From Nitrospirota bacterium (GTDB taxonomy: Bacteria > Nitrospirota > Nitrospiria > 2-01-FULL-66-17), in the NCBI GenBank assembly GCA_049325335.1, contig JBMOMC010000045.1, positions 82,032 through 146,031 on the forward strand: DNA of 64,000 bases. The letters are read 5' to 3'. Shown one piece after another: positions 42,016-53,221 of the stretch. The notes under the pieces are model-generated. The model did not search any database. It was given only the letters and a program-made list of their open reading frames with translations, and was not told the DNA's origin. How positions within the stretch are numbered: position 1 is the stretch's first letter; every line of letters starts with the position of its first letter. The position numbers and the translations under genes were made by a program.

Positions 42016-43367
42016 AACGCATGAACCAGCGTTTTGAACCGCCGGCCCCGATCTTCGAAATCGCGGAACAAATCAAAACTCGCGCACGCGGGCGACAAGA
42101 GCACCACGTCGCCGGGCACCGCACTCTCCGACGCGATCCGCACCGCCTCCTCCATTCCGCTCGCCTCCGCGATGGTGGTGACGCCCTCGAAGGCTTGCCG
42201 GAGCTCCGGTCGCGCTTGGCCGAGCAACACCGCTTTTTTGACCCGCCGGGCCACGAGCGGGCGCAACGCGGAAAAATCCGCGCCTTTGGCCACGCCGCCC
42301 GCGATCAAAATGACCGGACTGGTCAGGCTCTCGATGGATTTCTGGACCGCGCCCACGTTGGTGCCCTTGGAGTCGTTGATGTACCGCACATCCCGCAACT
42401 CCCGGACAAACTCCATGCGATGCTCCAGGCCCCGAAACTCCGACAATACGCCCGCGATCACGGCCGGATCGACCCCGCGCAACAGGGCGATCGCGGTCGC
42501 CGCCAGCGCGTTTTCCACGTTATGGACGCCCACGATACGAAGCCGATCGATCGCCAGCACGCGCCCGCTGCGTTCGCCCAGTCGATAGACGATCTCCCCA
42601 GCGTCCACCCACACCGCATCGCCGGCGGGCGCGGTTCGTCGCGAAAAACACACGCGCCGCGCGGCCAGTTTCGCGGTAAACCCGGGATCCATACACGCGG
42701 GGTCATCCGCATTGAGCACCGCGGCGTCCTCGGATGTTTGCCGTTCAAAAATACGCCACTTCGCGGCCGCGTAGGACCCGAAGTCCGGGTATCGGTCCAA
42801 GTGATCCGGCGTCACGTTCAACAACGCGGCCACCGAGGGATGAAACGTGGCGACGGTCTCCAACTGAAAACTGGACACCTCCGCCACGATCTCCCCCCAC
42901 GCCGCGCCGGGCACGGTCGCCTCGGAGAGCGGCACCCCGTAATTGCCGCCCACGAACGTGCGCCGCCCCGCGGCCGCACACATCTCGCCGGCAAGCGCGG
43001 TGGTGGTGCTCTTCCCGTTACTCCCGGTAATCGCGCTGATCGGCGCGGACACGAACCGCGAGGCCAATTCCAGCTCGCTCCAAATCGGGACCCCACGGGC
43101 CCGCGCGGCCTGCAGCGGGGGACTGGCCAGCGGCACGCCCGGGCTCAACACGATCAGGCCCGCGCCCCGGAACGCCTCGTCGGGATGCCCGCCCAAAAAC
43201 CACGCGACCTCCCCGAGGGCAAACCCCGCTGTCCATTCGGTCAGTTCCCCGGCCGGCCGCCGGTCGGTCACCGACACCACCGCGCGTTCTCGCAGCAGCA
43301 ACCGGACCGCCGCCGCCCCGCTTCGCGCCAGCCCCACCACGGTCACCCGATTACCTTTGAGATCCAC
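42012..43367 (-). CDS. murD: UDP-MurNAc-Ala-D-Glu ligase
   Basis: Motifs GSNGKSTT, EVSSFQL, NDSKGTN and SPACASFD. Confidence 0.97.
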   Translation of the reverse strand: MDLKGNRVTVVGLARSGAAAVRLLLRERAVVSVTDRRPAGELTEWTAGFALGEVAWFLGGHPDEAFRGAGLIVLSPGVPLASPPLQAARARGVPIWSELELASRFVSAPISAITGSNGKSTTTALAGEMCAAAGRRTFVGGNYGVPLSEATVPGAAWGEIVAEVSSFQLETVATFHPSVAALLNVTPDHLDRYPDFGSYAAAKWRIFERQTSEDAAVLNADDPACMDPGFTAKLAARRVCFSRRTAPAGDAVWVDAGEIVYRLGERSGRVLAIDRLRIVGVHNVENALAATAIALLRGVDPAVIAGVLSEFRGLEHRMEFVRELRDVRYINDSKGTNVGAVQKSIESLTSPVILIAGGVAKGADFSALRPLVARRVKKAVLLGQARPELRQAFEGVTTIAEASGMEEAVRIASESAVPGDVVLLSPACASFDLFRDFEDRGRRFKTLVHAL

Positions 43368-43376
43368 CCGTCACCG

Positions 43377-44453
43377 TTACCTGAGTTTTAATGTGCTGAG
43401 ACTCAACAACGCCAAGATGATCGCGATGATCCAAAACCGCACCACGACCTTCGGCTCCTCCCACCCCTTGAGTTCAAAATGGTGGTGGATCGGCGCCATC
43501 AAAAACACCCGTTTGCCGCGGGACTTAAACGACGCGACCTGAAAAATCACGGACAGCGCTTCGATCACGAAGAGGCCGCCAACCAGCAACAACAGCAACT
43601 CGTGTTTGGACACTACCGCGACCAGTCCCAGCGCGGCGCCGAGCGGTAGGGACCCCACGTCGCCCATGAACACCGTGGCCGGATACGTGTTGAACCATAG
43701 GAACCCGAGACTCGCGCCGATCATGGCCCCGCAAAATACCGCGAGTTCCCCTGCCCCCTCGATGTACGAAATCAAGAGATAGTCCGCGATTTTGCGGTGC
43801 CCCGCGGCGTACGCCACGATCATGTACGCGGTGGCCGCCACGATGATCGGGCCGATCGCAAGCCCGTCGAGGCCGTCGGTGAGGTTCACCGCGTTGGACG
43901 ACCCCACCACCACCAACACCACCAGCACGAAATAGAACCAGCCCAGATCCACGGTGACGGATTTGATGAACGGCAGCGCGATGTGGGTCGAGAACCCGGG
44001 GCCTGTGGCCAACACCGCCGCGGCCACCGCGGCCACCACCACTTGCAGCGAAAATTTGTACCGCGGGATCAAGCCGCGTGAATGGCGCTTCACCACCTTG
44101 AGGTAGTCATCCCAGAATCCGATGAGCCCGAATCCGATGGTGGCCAGCAACACCACCCACACGTATCGCTTGCTCAGATCGGCCCACAACACGGTGGAGC
44201 CGACCACCGCGATGAGGATCAGCAGGCCGCCCATGGTGGGGGTTCCGGATTTGGCCTGGTGCGACTTGGGTCCCTCCTCGCGGATCTGCTGGCCGATGTG
44301 CAGGCGCTGCAGCCAGCGGATCACCGCGGGGCCGAGCAGAAAACTGATCACCAACGCGGTCAGCACGGCGTAGATCGTGCGGAACGTGATGTACCGGAAC
44401 ACGTTGAGGAACACGTATTCGGTGTGCAGCGGGTACAGCAGGTGATAGATCAT
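43377..44453 (-). CDS. mraY: Phospho-MurNAc-pentapeptide transferase
   Basis: Motifs [25 protein letters not shown] and APIHHHFE. Confidence 0.98.
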   Translation of the reverse strand: MIYHLLYPLHTEYVFLNVFRYITFRTIYAVLTALVISFLLGPAVIRWLQRLHIGQQIREEGPKSHQAKSGTPTMGGLLILIAVVGSTVLWADLSKRYVWVVLLATIGFGLIGFWDDYLKVVKRHSRGLIPRYKFSLQVVVAAVAAAVLATGPGFSTHIALPFIKSVTVDLGWFYFVLVVLVVVGSSNAVNLTDGLDGLAIGPIIVAATAYMIVAYAAGHRKIADYLLISYIEGAGELAVFCGAMIGASLGFLWFNTYPATVFMGDVGSLPLGAALGLVAVVSKHELLLLLVGGLFVIEALSVIFQVASFKSRGKRVFLMAPIHHHFELKGWEEPKVVVRFWIIAIILALLSLSTLKLR

Positions 44454-45895
44454 CCGGACTCCGTGAGACGGGACGTCGTCGCGCCCGCCATCAACCCCTT
44501 GACCACGCGCTCCAACCCCACGGCCCGCGAGCCCTTCACGAGGACGACATCCCCCGGCCGACTCCGCGCCGCGATCACCGGCACCGCGTCCTCCGCGGTC
44601 GCCACCCACGTGATCGCGGCCGCCGACATGCCCGCGCGAACGGCTTCGTCGGCCATCCATCGCGCGGCGGGGCCGACCGCAACCAGGCCGTCGAGCCCCG
44701 CGGCCGCCGCGGCCCGTCCCACCTCCCGGTGCAAGGCCTCGGACGCGTCCCCCAGTTCCCGCATCTCCCCCAACACGGCCCACACGCGGCCCGCGCCGCG
44801 CAAGCGCATCACCGCCTCCAGCGCTCGCTCCATGGACGACGGGTTGGCGTTGTAGGCGTCGTTGAACACGTCCACGCCCGCCGGCGTGGTGAGCAGTTCG
44901 CTGCGCATCGCGGCGGGCCGGAACGATTCGAGCCCCGCGCGGACCGCGTCGAGATCGACCCCGACCGCCGCGGCCACGGCTGCCGCAGCAGTGGCATTGG
45001 CCGCGTTGTGTCGGCCCACGACCGGCAACACGCACTCAATGACCGATCCGCCGTACCGGATCTCCACCCGCGTGCCGGCCCGCGTGGGTTCGCCGACGAT
45101 CCGCCCCCGCACGTCCGCCTCGCCCAGGCCGAACGTCAGGGACTCGCCGCGCAACCCCTTGCGGAGCGCCATCACGTGTGGATCGTCCGCGTTGAGCACC
45201 GCCGTGCCGTCCGCGGGCAACGCCGCGAACAACTCTCCCTTGGCGCGGGCCACGCCCTCGAGTCCGCCGAACCCTTCCAGGTGCGCGCGGCCGACGTTGG
45301 TGATGACCCCCACCGTGGGACGGGCGATCTCGCACAACCGCGTCATCTCGCCGTGGTGATTGATGCCCAGTTCCACCACGGCCGCACGATGGTCCGGCCT
45401 GAGGCCGAACAAGGTCAGCGGCACCCCGATGTGGTTGTTGAGGTTGCCCTGCGTCTTGAGCACGCCGCCGCCGCGGGCCAGAATCGCCGCCGCCATGTCC
45501 TTGGTCGTGGTTTTGCCGTTGCTGCCGGTCACCCCGATCACCGGAATCGCGAACCGCGACCGATACGCGGCGGCCGCGTCCTGCAGCGCGCGCAACGGAT
45601 CGTCCACCGCGATGATGACCGCGTCGCGCCCGTGCCACACCGAGGGATCGGGCGCCGACGCCGCGGCCACCACCGCGCCACACGCGCCCGACGCGAGCGC
45701 GTCGGCCACGTACGCGGCCCCGTCGAATCGCTCGCCGGCGAGCGCCCAAAACAGGACGCCCGGCTCCAATCGGCGCGAGTCCGTGGAGATCGCCTCGATC
45801 ACGGCGTCCGGTCGGCCCACCAGCACCCGACCCTGTACCGCGGCCGCCAAATCACGCGCAAGAAACATGTCCACGCACCCCGCGGTCCGGTTCAC
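44450..45895 (-). CDS. murF: UDP-MurNAc-tripeptide D-Ala-D-Ala ligase
   Basis: Motifs [16 protein letters not shown] and DAYNANP. Confidence 0.96.
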   Translation of the reverse strand: MNRTAGCVDMFLARDLAAAVQGRVLVGRPDAVIEAISTDSRRLEPGVLFWALAGERFDGAAYVADALASGACGAVVAAASAPDPSVWHGRDAVIIAVDDPLRALQDAAAAYRSRFAIPVIGVTGSNGKTTTKDMAAAILARGGGVLKTQGNLNNHIGVPLTLFGLRPDHRAAVVELGINHHGEMTRLCEIARPTVGVITNVGRAHLEGFGGLEGVARAKGELFAALPADGTAVLNADDPHVMALRKGLRGESLTFGLGEADVRGRIVGEPTRAGTRVEIRYGGSVIECVLPVVGRHNAANATAAAAVAAAVGVDLDAVRAGLESFRPAAMRSELLTTPAGVDVFNDAYNANPSSMERALEAVMRLRGAGRVWAVLGEMRELGDASEALHREVGRAAAAAGLDGLVAVGPAARWMADEAVRAGMSAAAITWVATAEDAVPVIAARSRPGDVVLVKGSRAVGLERVVKGLMAGATTSRLTESG

Positions 45896-47454
45896 GCGGA
45901 CCGCGCTCGGCGCGCGAGCCGCCGCTCGATGGCGTCCCGCGCCACCGCGCGGTCGTCGAACGCGAGCCGCCGCTCGCCGATGAGTTGATAGTCCTCATGC
46001 CCCTTTCCCGCAATCACGATCAGATCCCCGGGCTCCGCCGCCTGCACCGCCCGCTCGATCGCCTCGCGTCGATCCGGCACGGTCAGATACGGCTGCCGGG
46101 AGACCGGGTCCGGTTGCTCCGGACCGCGCGCGGCGAGTTCCTCGCGCAACCCGCGTTCGATCGCGGCGAGGATCGCCTGGGGATCTTCTCCTCGAGGATT
46201 GTCCGAGGTGAGGATCACGAGGTCGCTGGCGCGGGCGGCCACGCGGCCCATGGGCGCGCGTTTGCCGGGGTCGCGGTCCCCGCCGCACCCGAACACGGTG
46301 ATCAGGCGTCCACGGCACACCTCGCGCGCAACCGCCAACACCCGTTGCAGCGCGTCTTCCGTGTGCGCGTAGTCCACCACCACGGTAAAATCCTGGCCCG
46401 CGTCGACCTTCTCGAAGCGGCCCGGCACCCGGGTCATTCCGGCCACGCCCGCACGGACCGCGTCCATCGGCACGTCTTGCCCCACCGCGGTCGCGGTCGC
46501 GGCCAGCAGGTTCGACAGATTATACGACCCCAGCAACGGCGAGGTGAGGTCGAGTCCCCCTTTCGGGGTCCGCACGCGACAACGAAGCCCCTCCACGGTC
46601 GAAGACACGGATTCGGGACGCACGTCGGCCGCGGGGTCCAAGCCGAAGGTCCACACCGGCTCGCGCGAGGCGCGCGCCATCTCGTTCCAACGCGGGTCGT
46701 CGCGGTTGATCACCGCGAGCCGCGGTCGGTCCTTCGGATTGTCCCGTCCCAGGGATTCGAACAGCCGTTGCTTGGCCGCGGCGTAGGCGTCCATGGTGCC
46801 GTGAAAATCCAGATGATCCTGGGTCAGGTTCGTGAACACGCCCACGTCGAACGCGCAGCCCGCGACCCGATCCTGCGCCAATGCGTGCGACGACACTTCC
46901 ATCACCACGTCGCTCACGTTGCGGTCCGACATCTCCGCCAGCAGGGCCTGAAGCGTCTCGGCATCCGGCGTGGTATGCGGCGCGGGACGCACGTCCTCGC
47001 CGATCGCGTACGCCACGGTGCCGATCAGGCCGGTGTGACGGCCCCCCGCCTCGTACATCGATCGAATCAGGTGCGTGGTGGTGGTTTTCCCGTTGGTGCC
47101 GGTCACCCCGATCATGCCGAGCCGGTGCGAGGGCTCGCCCCACCACCGGGCCGCCACCACGCCGAACCACGCGGCCCCGTCAGGGGCCACGACGCGCGCG
47201 AGATCGGCCGGGCCCGCCACGCGCCGGATCGCGTCGGCATCCGCCCCCGCGATCGCTGCGGCGCCGCGCGCGATCGCGTCGTCCAAAAACCGATGCCCGT
47301 CTACGCGCGCGCCGCGCAACGCCACGAACAACGTCCCGGGAATGACCCGGCGCGAGTCCGCGGTCACACGCGTGATCTCGCGCTCCAAACCGCCCGAGAC
47401 CGATAGGCCGGCAACCCCGTGGAGCAGATCGCCGAGGCGACGCGACGCGGTCAT
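45892..47454 (-). CDS. murE: UDP-MurNAc-dipeptide meso-DAP ligase
   Basis: Motifs GTNGKTTT, DYAHT, DNPR (DAP-specific) and GKGHE. Confidence 0.97.
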   Translation of the reverse strand: MTASRRLGDLLHGVAGLSVSGGLEREITRVTADSRRVIPGTLFVALRGARVDGHRFLDDAIARGAAAIAGADADAIRRVAGPADLARVVAPDGAAWFGVVAARWWGEPSHRLGMIGVTGTNGKTTTTHLIRSMYEAGGRHTGLIGTVAYAIGEDVRPAPHTTPDAETLQALLAEMSDRNVSDVVMEVSSHALAQDRVAGCAFDVGVFTNLTQDHLDFHGTMDAYAAAKQRLFESLGRDNPKDRPRLAVINRDDPRWNEMARASREPVWTFGLDPAADVRPESVSSTVEGLRCRVRTPKGGLDLTSPLLGSYNLSNLLAATATAVGQDVPMDAVRAGVAGMTRVPGRFEKVDAGQDFTVVVDYAHTEDALQRVLAVAREVCRGRLITVFGCGGDRDPGKRAPMGRVAARASDLVILTSDNPRGEDPQAILAAIERGLREELAARGPEQPDPVSRQPYLTVPDRREAIERAVQAAEPGDLIVIAGKGHEDYQLIGERRLAFDDRAVARDAIERRLARRARSA

Positions 47455-49196
47455 CGCCACGCCACCCGCAGCAAATGCTCCTGCGGCGCCGTCGGTGCCG
47501 CCGGCGCGCTCAGGTACCGCAACGAGGCCTCGGCCACGCGCGCGAACACCGGCGCCGCGGTCCGTCCGCCCCACCCGCGTCCTTTCGGATTGTCCAACAC
47601 CACCGCGATCACCATGGCCGGACGGTTCGACGGCGCAAAACCGATGAACGACGCGGTCTCCCGATCCGCCGAGTATCGTCCGGTTTCGGGATCGATCTGC
47701 TGCGCGGTGCCCGTCTTGCCCGCCACGCGCACGCCGTCGATGGCCGCGAGGCCTCCCGTGCCGCTGCCACCGACCACCCCTTCCAGCAGCCGCGCCATCC
47801 GCGCCGCGGTCGCCTCGGACATCACGCGAACCCCCGGTGCCGCCGACGCCGCGCGCTCCAAGTCACGGCCGTCCGCCCCACGGACTTGGGCCACCACGTG
47901 GGGCGTGACCAGCCGACCGCCGTTGGCCACCGCCGCGTACGCGGCCGCCAGTTGGACCGTCGTCACCGCGATTTCTTGGCCGATTGCGATCGTCACCGCC
48001 GACCGCTTGGACCACCGCTCCAACGGAGGCACCCGGCCGGCCACTTCTCCGCCGAGGTCGATCCCGGTCTTCCGCCCGAATCCGAACGTCGTGATCGCGC
48101 GACGGAGCCGATCCGGTCCCAGCCGCTGCGCGATCTTGGCGGTCCCGATGTTGCTGGACTTGGCGATCACTTCCGAGAACGGCACCCGCCCCAACGGGTC
48201 GTGGTCGTGCAGCGCGCCACCGGGAATCGGCCATCGTCCCTGTTCACAGTCGATGATCTCATCGGGGCGGACCACGCCGGCATCCAGCGCCGCGGCCGCG
48301 GTCACGATCTTAAAGGTCGAGCCCGGCTCGAACGTGTCGGTGATGGCCCGGTTGCGCCAGGACTCCGGACGCGAACCGCTCGGTTCGTTCGGATTAAACA
48401 CGGGACGGATAGCCAAGGCGAGCACGCCGCCGTCCCACGGGTCCATCACGATCACGGTGCCGCTCTCCGCGCCGGTTTCGGCGAGGGCCGCGTCGAGCTC
48501 CCGCTCGCTGATGTGTTGAATGCCTTCGTCGATCGTCAAGATTAGGTCTCGGCCGCGCGAGGGCGCCACGTATTCCAGTCCCTTGGGGAACAGTCGTTTC
48601 CCCGCGCCGTCACGCTCGTACACGAGCCGTCCCTTTTCCCCGCGCAGTTCGCGGTCGTAGAACCGCTCCACCCCCTCCAATCCGACGTGATCGGTTCCGG
48701 CGAATCCCAACACGTGACTCAACAACGTCTTGCGCGGATATATGCGCGCGGGCTCGGGCACCACGCGCACACCCTCGGCGCCCAATTCTTCCACGGCGCG
48801 GGCCACCGCGGGATCGACCCGACGCTCCAGCCAAATGAACCCGCGATCTTCGGCCAATCGTCTCGCCAACGCGTTGGCGTCCACGCGCAGCACCGTGGCC
48901 AGTTCCCGGGCGATGGACATGGGGTTGTCGATCAGCGGCGGCGCCGCGTACAGCGATGGCACGGTCAAATCCGTGGCCAACACCCGGCCGTTGCGGTCGA
49001 AAATCGTGCCCCGTTCGGCCTCCACCGTGATCGATTTTTCGTGTTGACGCTCGGCCCGTTGTGCCAGCTCCGGACCGCGGATCACGTGCAGGTATACGAC
49101 CCGCGCGGCCAACGCCGCGTAGAGCAATGCGAACGCGCCGAACACCCACAACGCGCGACGGCGCGCCGCGCGATCCGCGTCCTCAGGGCGCCGCAT
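47451..49196 (-). CDS. ftsI: Penicillin-binding protein 3
   Basis: Motifs RGTIFDRNG, STFK, SSN and KTG. Confidence 0.96.
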   Translation of the reverse strand: MRRPEDADRAARRRALWVFGAFALLYAALAARVVYLHVIRGPELAQRAERQHEKSITVEAERGTIFDRNGRVLATDLTVPSLYAAPPLIDNPMSIARELATVLRVDANALARRLAEDRGFIWLERRVDPAVARAVEELGAEGVRVVPEPARIYPRKTLLSHVLGFAGTDHVGLEGVERFYDRELRGEKGRLVYERDGAGKRLFPKGLEYVAPSRGRDLILTIDEGIQHISERELDAALAETGAESGTVIVMDPWDGGVLALAIRPVFNPNEPSGSRPESWRNRAITDTFEPGSTFKIVTAAAALDAGVVRPDEIIDCEQGRWPIPGGALHDHDPLGRVPFSEVIAKSSNIGTAKIAQRLGPDRLRRAITTFGFGRKTGIDLGGEVAGRVPPLERWSKRSAVTIAIGQEIAVTTVQLAAAYAAVANGGRLVTPHVVAQVRGADGRDLERAASAAPGVRVMSEATAARMARLLEGVVGGSGTGGLAAIDGVRVAGKTGTAQQIDPETGRYSADRETASFIGFAPSNRPAMVIAVVLDNPKGRGWGGRTAAPVFARVAEASLRYLSAPAAPTAPQEHLLRVAWR

Positions 49197-49554
49197 GCGC
49201 TTCCGTCGCGAGCACGCCGCGGCCGACCGCCGCGACCAGCGTCCGCCCGTCCTCCGACGAGGGGTCCGGAAGCCGCATCACCACCGCGTCGCGGGGCGGC
49301 GTGTGCGTCAGGCCCATGGCCCGCGCCAGCGGTTCGATCCGGTCGAGCGACGCCAGGCTTTCCCGTTCAATCAACAATTGACGCTGCAACCGCTCCAGAC
49401 GAGCTTTTTCGGCCTGCAGGTGCTCGGTTTCATACCCCAACTGAATGGTCCGATGATGGTGCCACAACGCCGCGACGCTCAGCGCGATCACCACGCCCCA
49501 AATCGCCCACACGCTGCGCGGGCGACGGCACCACTCCGTCACGCTGTTGATCAT
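49183..49554 (-). CDS. ftsL: Cell division protein FtsL
   Basis: TM plus leucine-zipper coil; between rsmH and ftsI. Confidence 0.85.
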   Translation of the reverse strand: MINSVTEWCRRPRSVWAIWGVVIALSVAALWHHHRTIQLGYETEHLQAEKARLERLQRQLLIERESLASLDRIEPLARAMGLTHTPPRDAVVMRLPDPSSEDGRTLVAAVGRGVLATEAHAAP

Positions 49555-49593
49555 GCGCGCCCCATCACCACCGACGTACGACGCCCATTGGCG

Positions 49594-50529
49594 TTACGCG
49601 GCCGCGCGTTCCACCGCGCGCAGCTTCGCGCTCCGCGCGCGGGGATTTCGCTCGATCTCGTCGGGATCCGCGACGACCGGCCGCGCGGTGAGCACCCGGG
49701 CCCGGCGCACCCGGCCGCACCCGCACACGGGAAGCCCGGGCGGACACACGCACGCGCCCTCCCAACGTCGGAATGTTTGTTTGACGATGCGGTCTTCCAG
49801 CGAATGAAACGAGAGCACGACCAACCGCCCGCCGACCGTTAAACACCCGCGCGCGGCCTCGAGTGTGGGCGCCAGATCCTCCAGTTCCCGGTTCACCGCG
49901 ATGCGCAACGCCTGAAACGTGCGGGTCGCGGGGTGCGGGTGCGGCGCGCGAAATTTGGCCGGCAGCGCGCCGACCACGAGGTCGGCCAGGTCCTTCGTGC
50001 CCGTGAGCGGACGCACGTCCCGCGCGCGCGCGATCGCGGCGGCGATCCGACCGGCCCACCGTTCCTCGCCGTACTCGCGAAGAAGATCGGCCAACGCGTC
50101 CTCGTCCCATTCATTGACGATCACGGCCGCGGTCAACGGGTTGCGGCGATTCATGCGCATGTCCAGCGGCCCATCGGCCTGGAACGAGAAACCCCGTTCG
50201 GGCGTATCCAACTGGAGCGACGACACCCCGAGATCGAGCAGCACCCCGTCCACGCGCTCCCATCCCTCCCGCGCCAACACGTCGGGCAACGCGCGCGCGT
50301 CGGCGTGGTGCAGCCGCGCGCGGTCCGCGGGCAACCGCGTCCGCGCGATCGCCAACGCGTCCTCGTCGCGATCGAGCCCCACCAAGAGGCCGTCGGGAGC
50401 GCACGCATCGAGTATCGCCGCGGCGTGTCCACCCAAGCCCACGGTCAGATCCGCCATGCGACGCCCAGGCGCGCACGCCAGCCACTGCACGACCTCGTGA
50501 ACCATGACCGGGTGGTGGATCGCCGCCAT
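49594..50529 (-). CDS. rsmH: 16S rRNA m4C1402 methyltransferase
   Basis: Motifs DLGVSS, RTFQALRIAVN, SFHSLEDR and NPRARSAKLR. Confidence 0.98.
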   Translation of the reverse strand: MAAIHHPVMVHEVVQWLACAPGRRMADLTVGLGGHAAAILDACAPDGLLVGLDRDEDALAIARTRLPADRARLHHADARALPDVLAREGWERVDGVLLDLGVSSLQLDTPERGFSFQADGPLDMRMNRRNPLTAAVIVNEWDEDALADLLREYGEERWAGRIAAAIARARDVRPLTGTKDLADLVVGALPAKFRAPHPHPATRTFQALRIAVNRELEDLAPTLEAARGCLTVGGRLVVLSFHSLEDRIVKQTFRRWEGACVCPPGLPVCGCGRVRRARVLTARPVVADPDEIERNPRARSAKLRAVERAAA

Positions 50530-50551
50530 GCACGTCACTCCGATCAAGCAT

Positions 50552-50995
50552 CTAGACTCCGTACTGCGCGATCGTGTTGACTATCTGGGCCAGATCCCGC
50601 GCCACCTGTTCGGATTTCGTCGCCCACCGCGCGAGCGACCATGCTTCCATATGGCCGTCAACCCCGACCAACATCACATCCCGCTCCAACCCCGCGTACC
50701 GGCGCAGCTCGGGCGGGATGAGAATCCGTCCTTGTCCGTCGAGCGCGCAGTCCGCCGCCTCGCTAAACAGAAACCGTTTGTAGTCCTTCACCGCCGGCCC
50801 TGAATTGGGAATCGCCTGTATCTTGGCCGCGCGCTGTCGCCACTCATCCAGCGGCAAAATGGCCAAACACTGCTCCGGGTCCTTGGTCACGACCACGGTC
50901 CCGGATGCCCGCTGAGCCAACAGCTCGCGATACTTTCCCGGAATGCTCAACCGGCCTTTGGCGTCGATCGTATGTTTGTACTGACCAAAAAACAT
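50552..50995 (-). CDS. mraZ: dcw cluster regulator MraZ
   Basis: DAKGR and DGQGR repeats. Confidence 0.96.
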   Translation of the reverse strand: MFFGQYKHTIDAKGRLSIPGKYRELLAQRASGTVVVTKDPEQCLAILPLDEWRQRAAKIQAIPNSGPAVKDYKRFLFSEAADCALDGQGRILIPPELRRYAGLERDVMLVGVDGHMEAWSLARWATKSEQVARDLAQIVNTIAQYGV

Positions 50996-51006
50996 ATGGC
51001 GCATGA

Positions 51007-51033
51007 ACCTACCCTATCCCACTTTGCCCCACT
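51007..51033 (-). promoter_or_regulatory. MraZ-binding direct repeats
   Basis: Minus strand GTGGGG-caaa-GTGGGA-tagg-GTAGGT with 10-bp periodicity, just upstream of mraZ. Confidence 0.75.
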
Positions 51034-51151
51034 TTGTGGGTTGAAACGTAACTCAAATGGGCCAATAAGGTCAAGCGAAAAACGCGGCAAATACGCGATC
51101 GATCAAGATTCGGCCGTGATTCAATTCGAGTCGGCAACCATCCGCCCTGCC

Positions 51152-51182
51152 TTGACACGTTTTTCCCCTATTTGCTAATAAT
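51152..51182 (+). promoter_or_regulatory. Sigma70-like promoter of the sulfur-carrier operon
   Basis: TTGACA followed by TGCTAATAAT at -10 spacing. Confidence 0.55.
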
Positions 51183-51278
51183 GAAGTTCTTTTTGAATGT
51201 GCGGTGGCTCCGACGCGCAGAGGACGCGGTGATGCGCGCCGGCGGCGATGACTTCCGACAACCGGTACAGGGATCGCG

Positions 51279-51479
51279 ATGAAGGTCAAACTCAACGGCA
51301 AGAGCGAAGATATCCCAGAAACAACCGTGTTCGACTTACTAAAAGCCCGCAACATCGAACCACAAATGGTCTCGGTGGAACATAACCTCAAAATCCTCGA
51401 AAAAGAGGAATTTGCGGCGACGAAGATCCGCGACGGCGATACGATCGAAATTCTCTATTACATGGGCGGGGGCGGGTGA
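51279..51479 (+). CDS. ThiS-like sulfur carrier protein
   Basis: 66-aa beta-grasp pattern (VKLNG, VSVEHN, DGDTIEI); ends YYMGGGG. Confidence 0.9.
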   Translation: MKVKLNGKSEDIPETTVFDLLKARNIEPQMVSVEHNLKILEKEEFAATKIRDGDTIEILYYMGGGG

Positions 51480-52396
51480 ACTCGGCGTCGGACGCCACGG
51501 CCCTGATCGGGGGCACGCCGCTGGTAAAAATTCAGGATGACGGCGACGGCGCGGAGATTTTCGCCAAACTCGAATCCGCGAATCCGGGGGGAAGCGTTAA
51601 AGATCGCATTTGCCTGAACATGATCGCTGCGGCTGAGCGCGCGGGGCGGCTCTCGCAGGGCTCGACCATCGTGGAGCCGACCAGCGGGAATACCGGGATC
51701 GGTTTGGCGCTCATCGCCGCGGTGCGCGGGTACCGGCTCATCCTGCTCATGCCGGAAAGCATGTCCCGCGAACGGATCGATATTCTGAGGGCGTTCGGCG
51801 CGGAGGTCGTGCTCACAAAAGCCGCCCTGGGAATGCCTGGCGCGATCGACGAAGCCCGGAGACTGGTGGCCACGCATGCGGACTACTTTCTCCCGGATCA
51901 ATTCGCCAATCCGGCGAACCCGGACATGCACCGACGCACCACCGGCCCCGAAGTGCTCGCCGCGACCGACGGGCGCGTCGACGCGTTCGTGGCGGGCGTG
52001 GGCACCGGCGGAACGATCACCGGGGTCGGCGAGGTGCTCAAGGCGCACAACCCCGCGGTGCGGATCGTGGCCGTGGAACCCGCCGCGTCGGCGGTGCTCT
52101 CGGGCAAGCCGCCGGGACCGCACAAGATCCAGGGCATCGGCGCCGGGTTTGTGCCGAAGGTCTTGAATACCGCGGTCTTGGATGAGATTATTACGGTAAC
52201 GGACGACGACGCGTACCGGACGAAGAAGGCGCTGGCGGAACGCGAGGGTCTGTTGGTGGGAATCTCTTCCGGCGCCAACGTGTTCGCCGCGAGACAGGTC
52301 GCCAAACGATTGGGCAAGGGACGCCGCGTGGTGACCGTGCTTCCAGATCGCGGCGAGCGGTATTTCAGCATGGAGCGATATTTCAACACGGCGTAG
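51476..52396 (+). CDS. cysK: Cysteine synthase A
   Basis: Motifs NPGGSVKDR, PTSGNTG, GTGGT, HKIQGIG and DRGERYFS. Confidence 0.93.
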   Translation: MNSASDATALIGGTPLVKIQDDGDGAEIFAKLESANPGGSVKDRICLNMIAAAERAGRLSQGSTIVEPTSGNTGIGLALIAAVRGYRLILLMPESMSRERIDILRAFGAEVVLTKAALGMPGAIDEARRLVATHADYFLPDQFANPANPDMHRRTTGPEVLAATDGRVDAFVAGVGTGGTITGVGEVLKAHNPAVRIVAVEPAASAVLSGKPPGPHKIQGIGAGFVPKVLNTAVLDEIITVTDDDAYRTKKALAEREGLLVGISSGANVFAARQVAKRLGKGRRVVTVLPDRGERYFSMERYFNTA

Positions 52397-52408
52397 CGGA
52401 GAGCAAAC

Positions 52409-53212
52409 ATGGCAATGACTGAAGATCAGATCAAACGCTACAGCCGGCACATCCTCTTGCCCGAAGTCGGAGGTAAAGGACAGAAGAAAATCGCCAACGC
52501 CAAGGTGTTCATCGTCGGAGCCGGCGGTCTCGGGTCACCCGCCGCGTTGTACTTGGCGGCCGCCGGGGTCGGCACCATCGGCCTGATCGACGGCGACGCG
52601 GTGGATTTGTCCAACCTCCAACGCCAAGTGATTCATCACACGCCGGACGTGTCGCGCCCGAAGATCGACTCCGCGCGCGAGAAGATGACCAACCTCAATC
52701 CGGACGTCACCGTGGTGACGATTCACGATCGCCTCACCGCGAAAAACGCGGTCAACGCGGTCAAGGACTACGACATCATCATCGACGGCACCGATAATTT
52801 CCCGTCGAAATTCCTGATCAACGACACCGCCGTGTTCGCCAAAAAACCATTGGTCCACGGCGGGATTCTGCGTTTCGTGGGGCAGGTGTTGACGATCCTC
52901 CCGGGGCAATCCGCCTGTTATCGGTGCCTGTTTAAAGCGCCGCCGCCCTCCGGCGTGGTGCCGTCCTGCCAAGAAGCGGGCGTGTTGGGCGCGTTGGCGG
53001 GACTGATCGGCACCATCCAGGCGACCGAAGCGCTCAAATTGATTTTGGGCGTGGGACAGCCGTTGACCGACCGGCTGTTGACCTATGACGCGCTGGCCAC
53101 GCGGTTTCGCAACGTCCCGCTGCGCAAGAACCCCCAGTGCCCGGTGTGCGGCGACCACCCGAGCATCACGGAGCCGGTGGACTACGAGCAGGAGGTCTGT
53201 CGGACGGCATAA
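52409..53212 (+). CDS. MoeB/ThiF (E1-like) adenylyltransferase 1, no rhodanese domain
   Basis: Motifs RYSRH, GAGGLG, SNLQRQ, CYRC...CPVC and SCQEAG. Confidence 0.93.
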   Translation: MAMTEDQIKRYSRHILLPEVGGKGQKKIANAKVFIVGAGGLGSPAALYLAAAGVGTIGLIDGDAVDLSNLQRQVIHHTPDVSRPKIDSAREKMTNLNPDVTVVTIHDRLTAKNAVNAVKDYDIIIDGTDNFPSKFLINDTAVFAKKPLVHGGILRFVGQVLTILPGQSACYRCLFKAPPPSGVVPSCQEAGVLGALAGLIGTIQATEALKLILGVGQPLTDRLLTYDALATRFRNVPLRKNPQCPVCGDHPSITEPVDYEQEVCRTA

Positions 53213-53221
53213 CGCCGAACG

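Noticed and set aside
51200..51275. SAM-I riboswitch upstream of the sulfur operon (CGATGACTTCCGACAACC)
   Set aside because: Only a local resemblance; the ATCxAGAG P1, the kink-turn and the 3' elements are missing.
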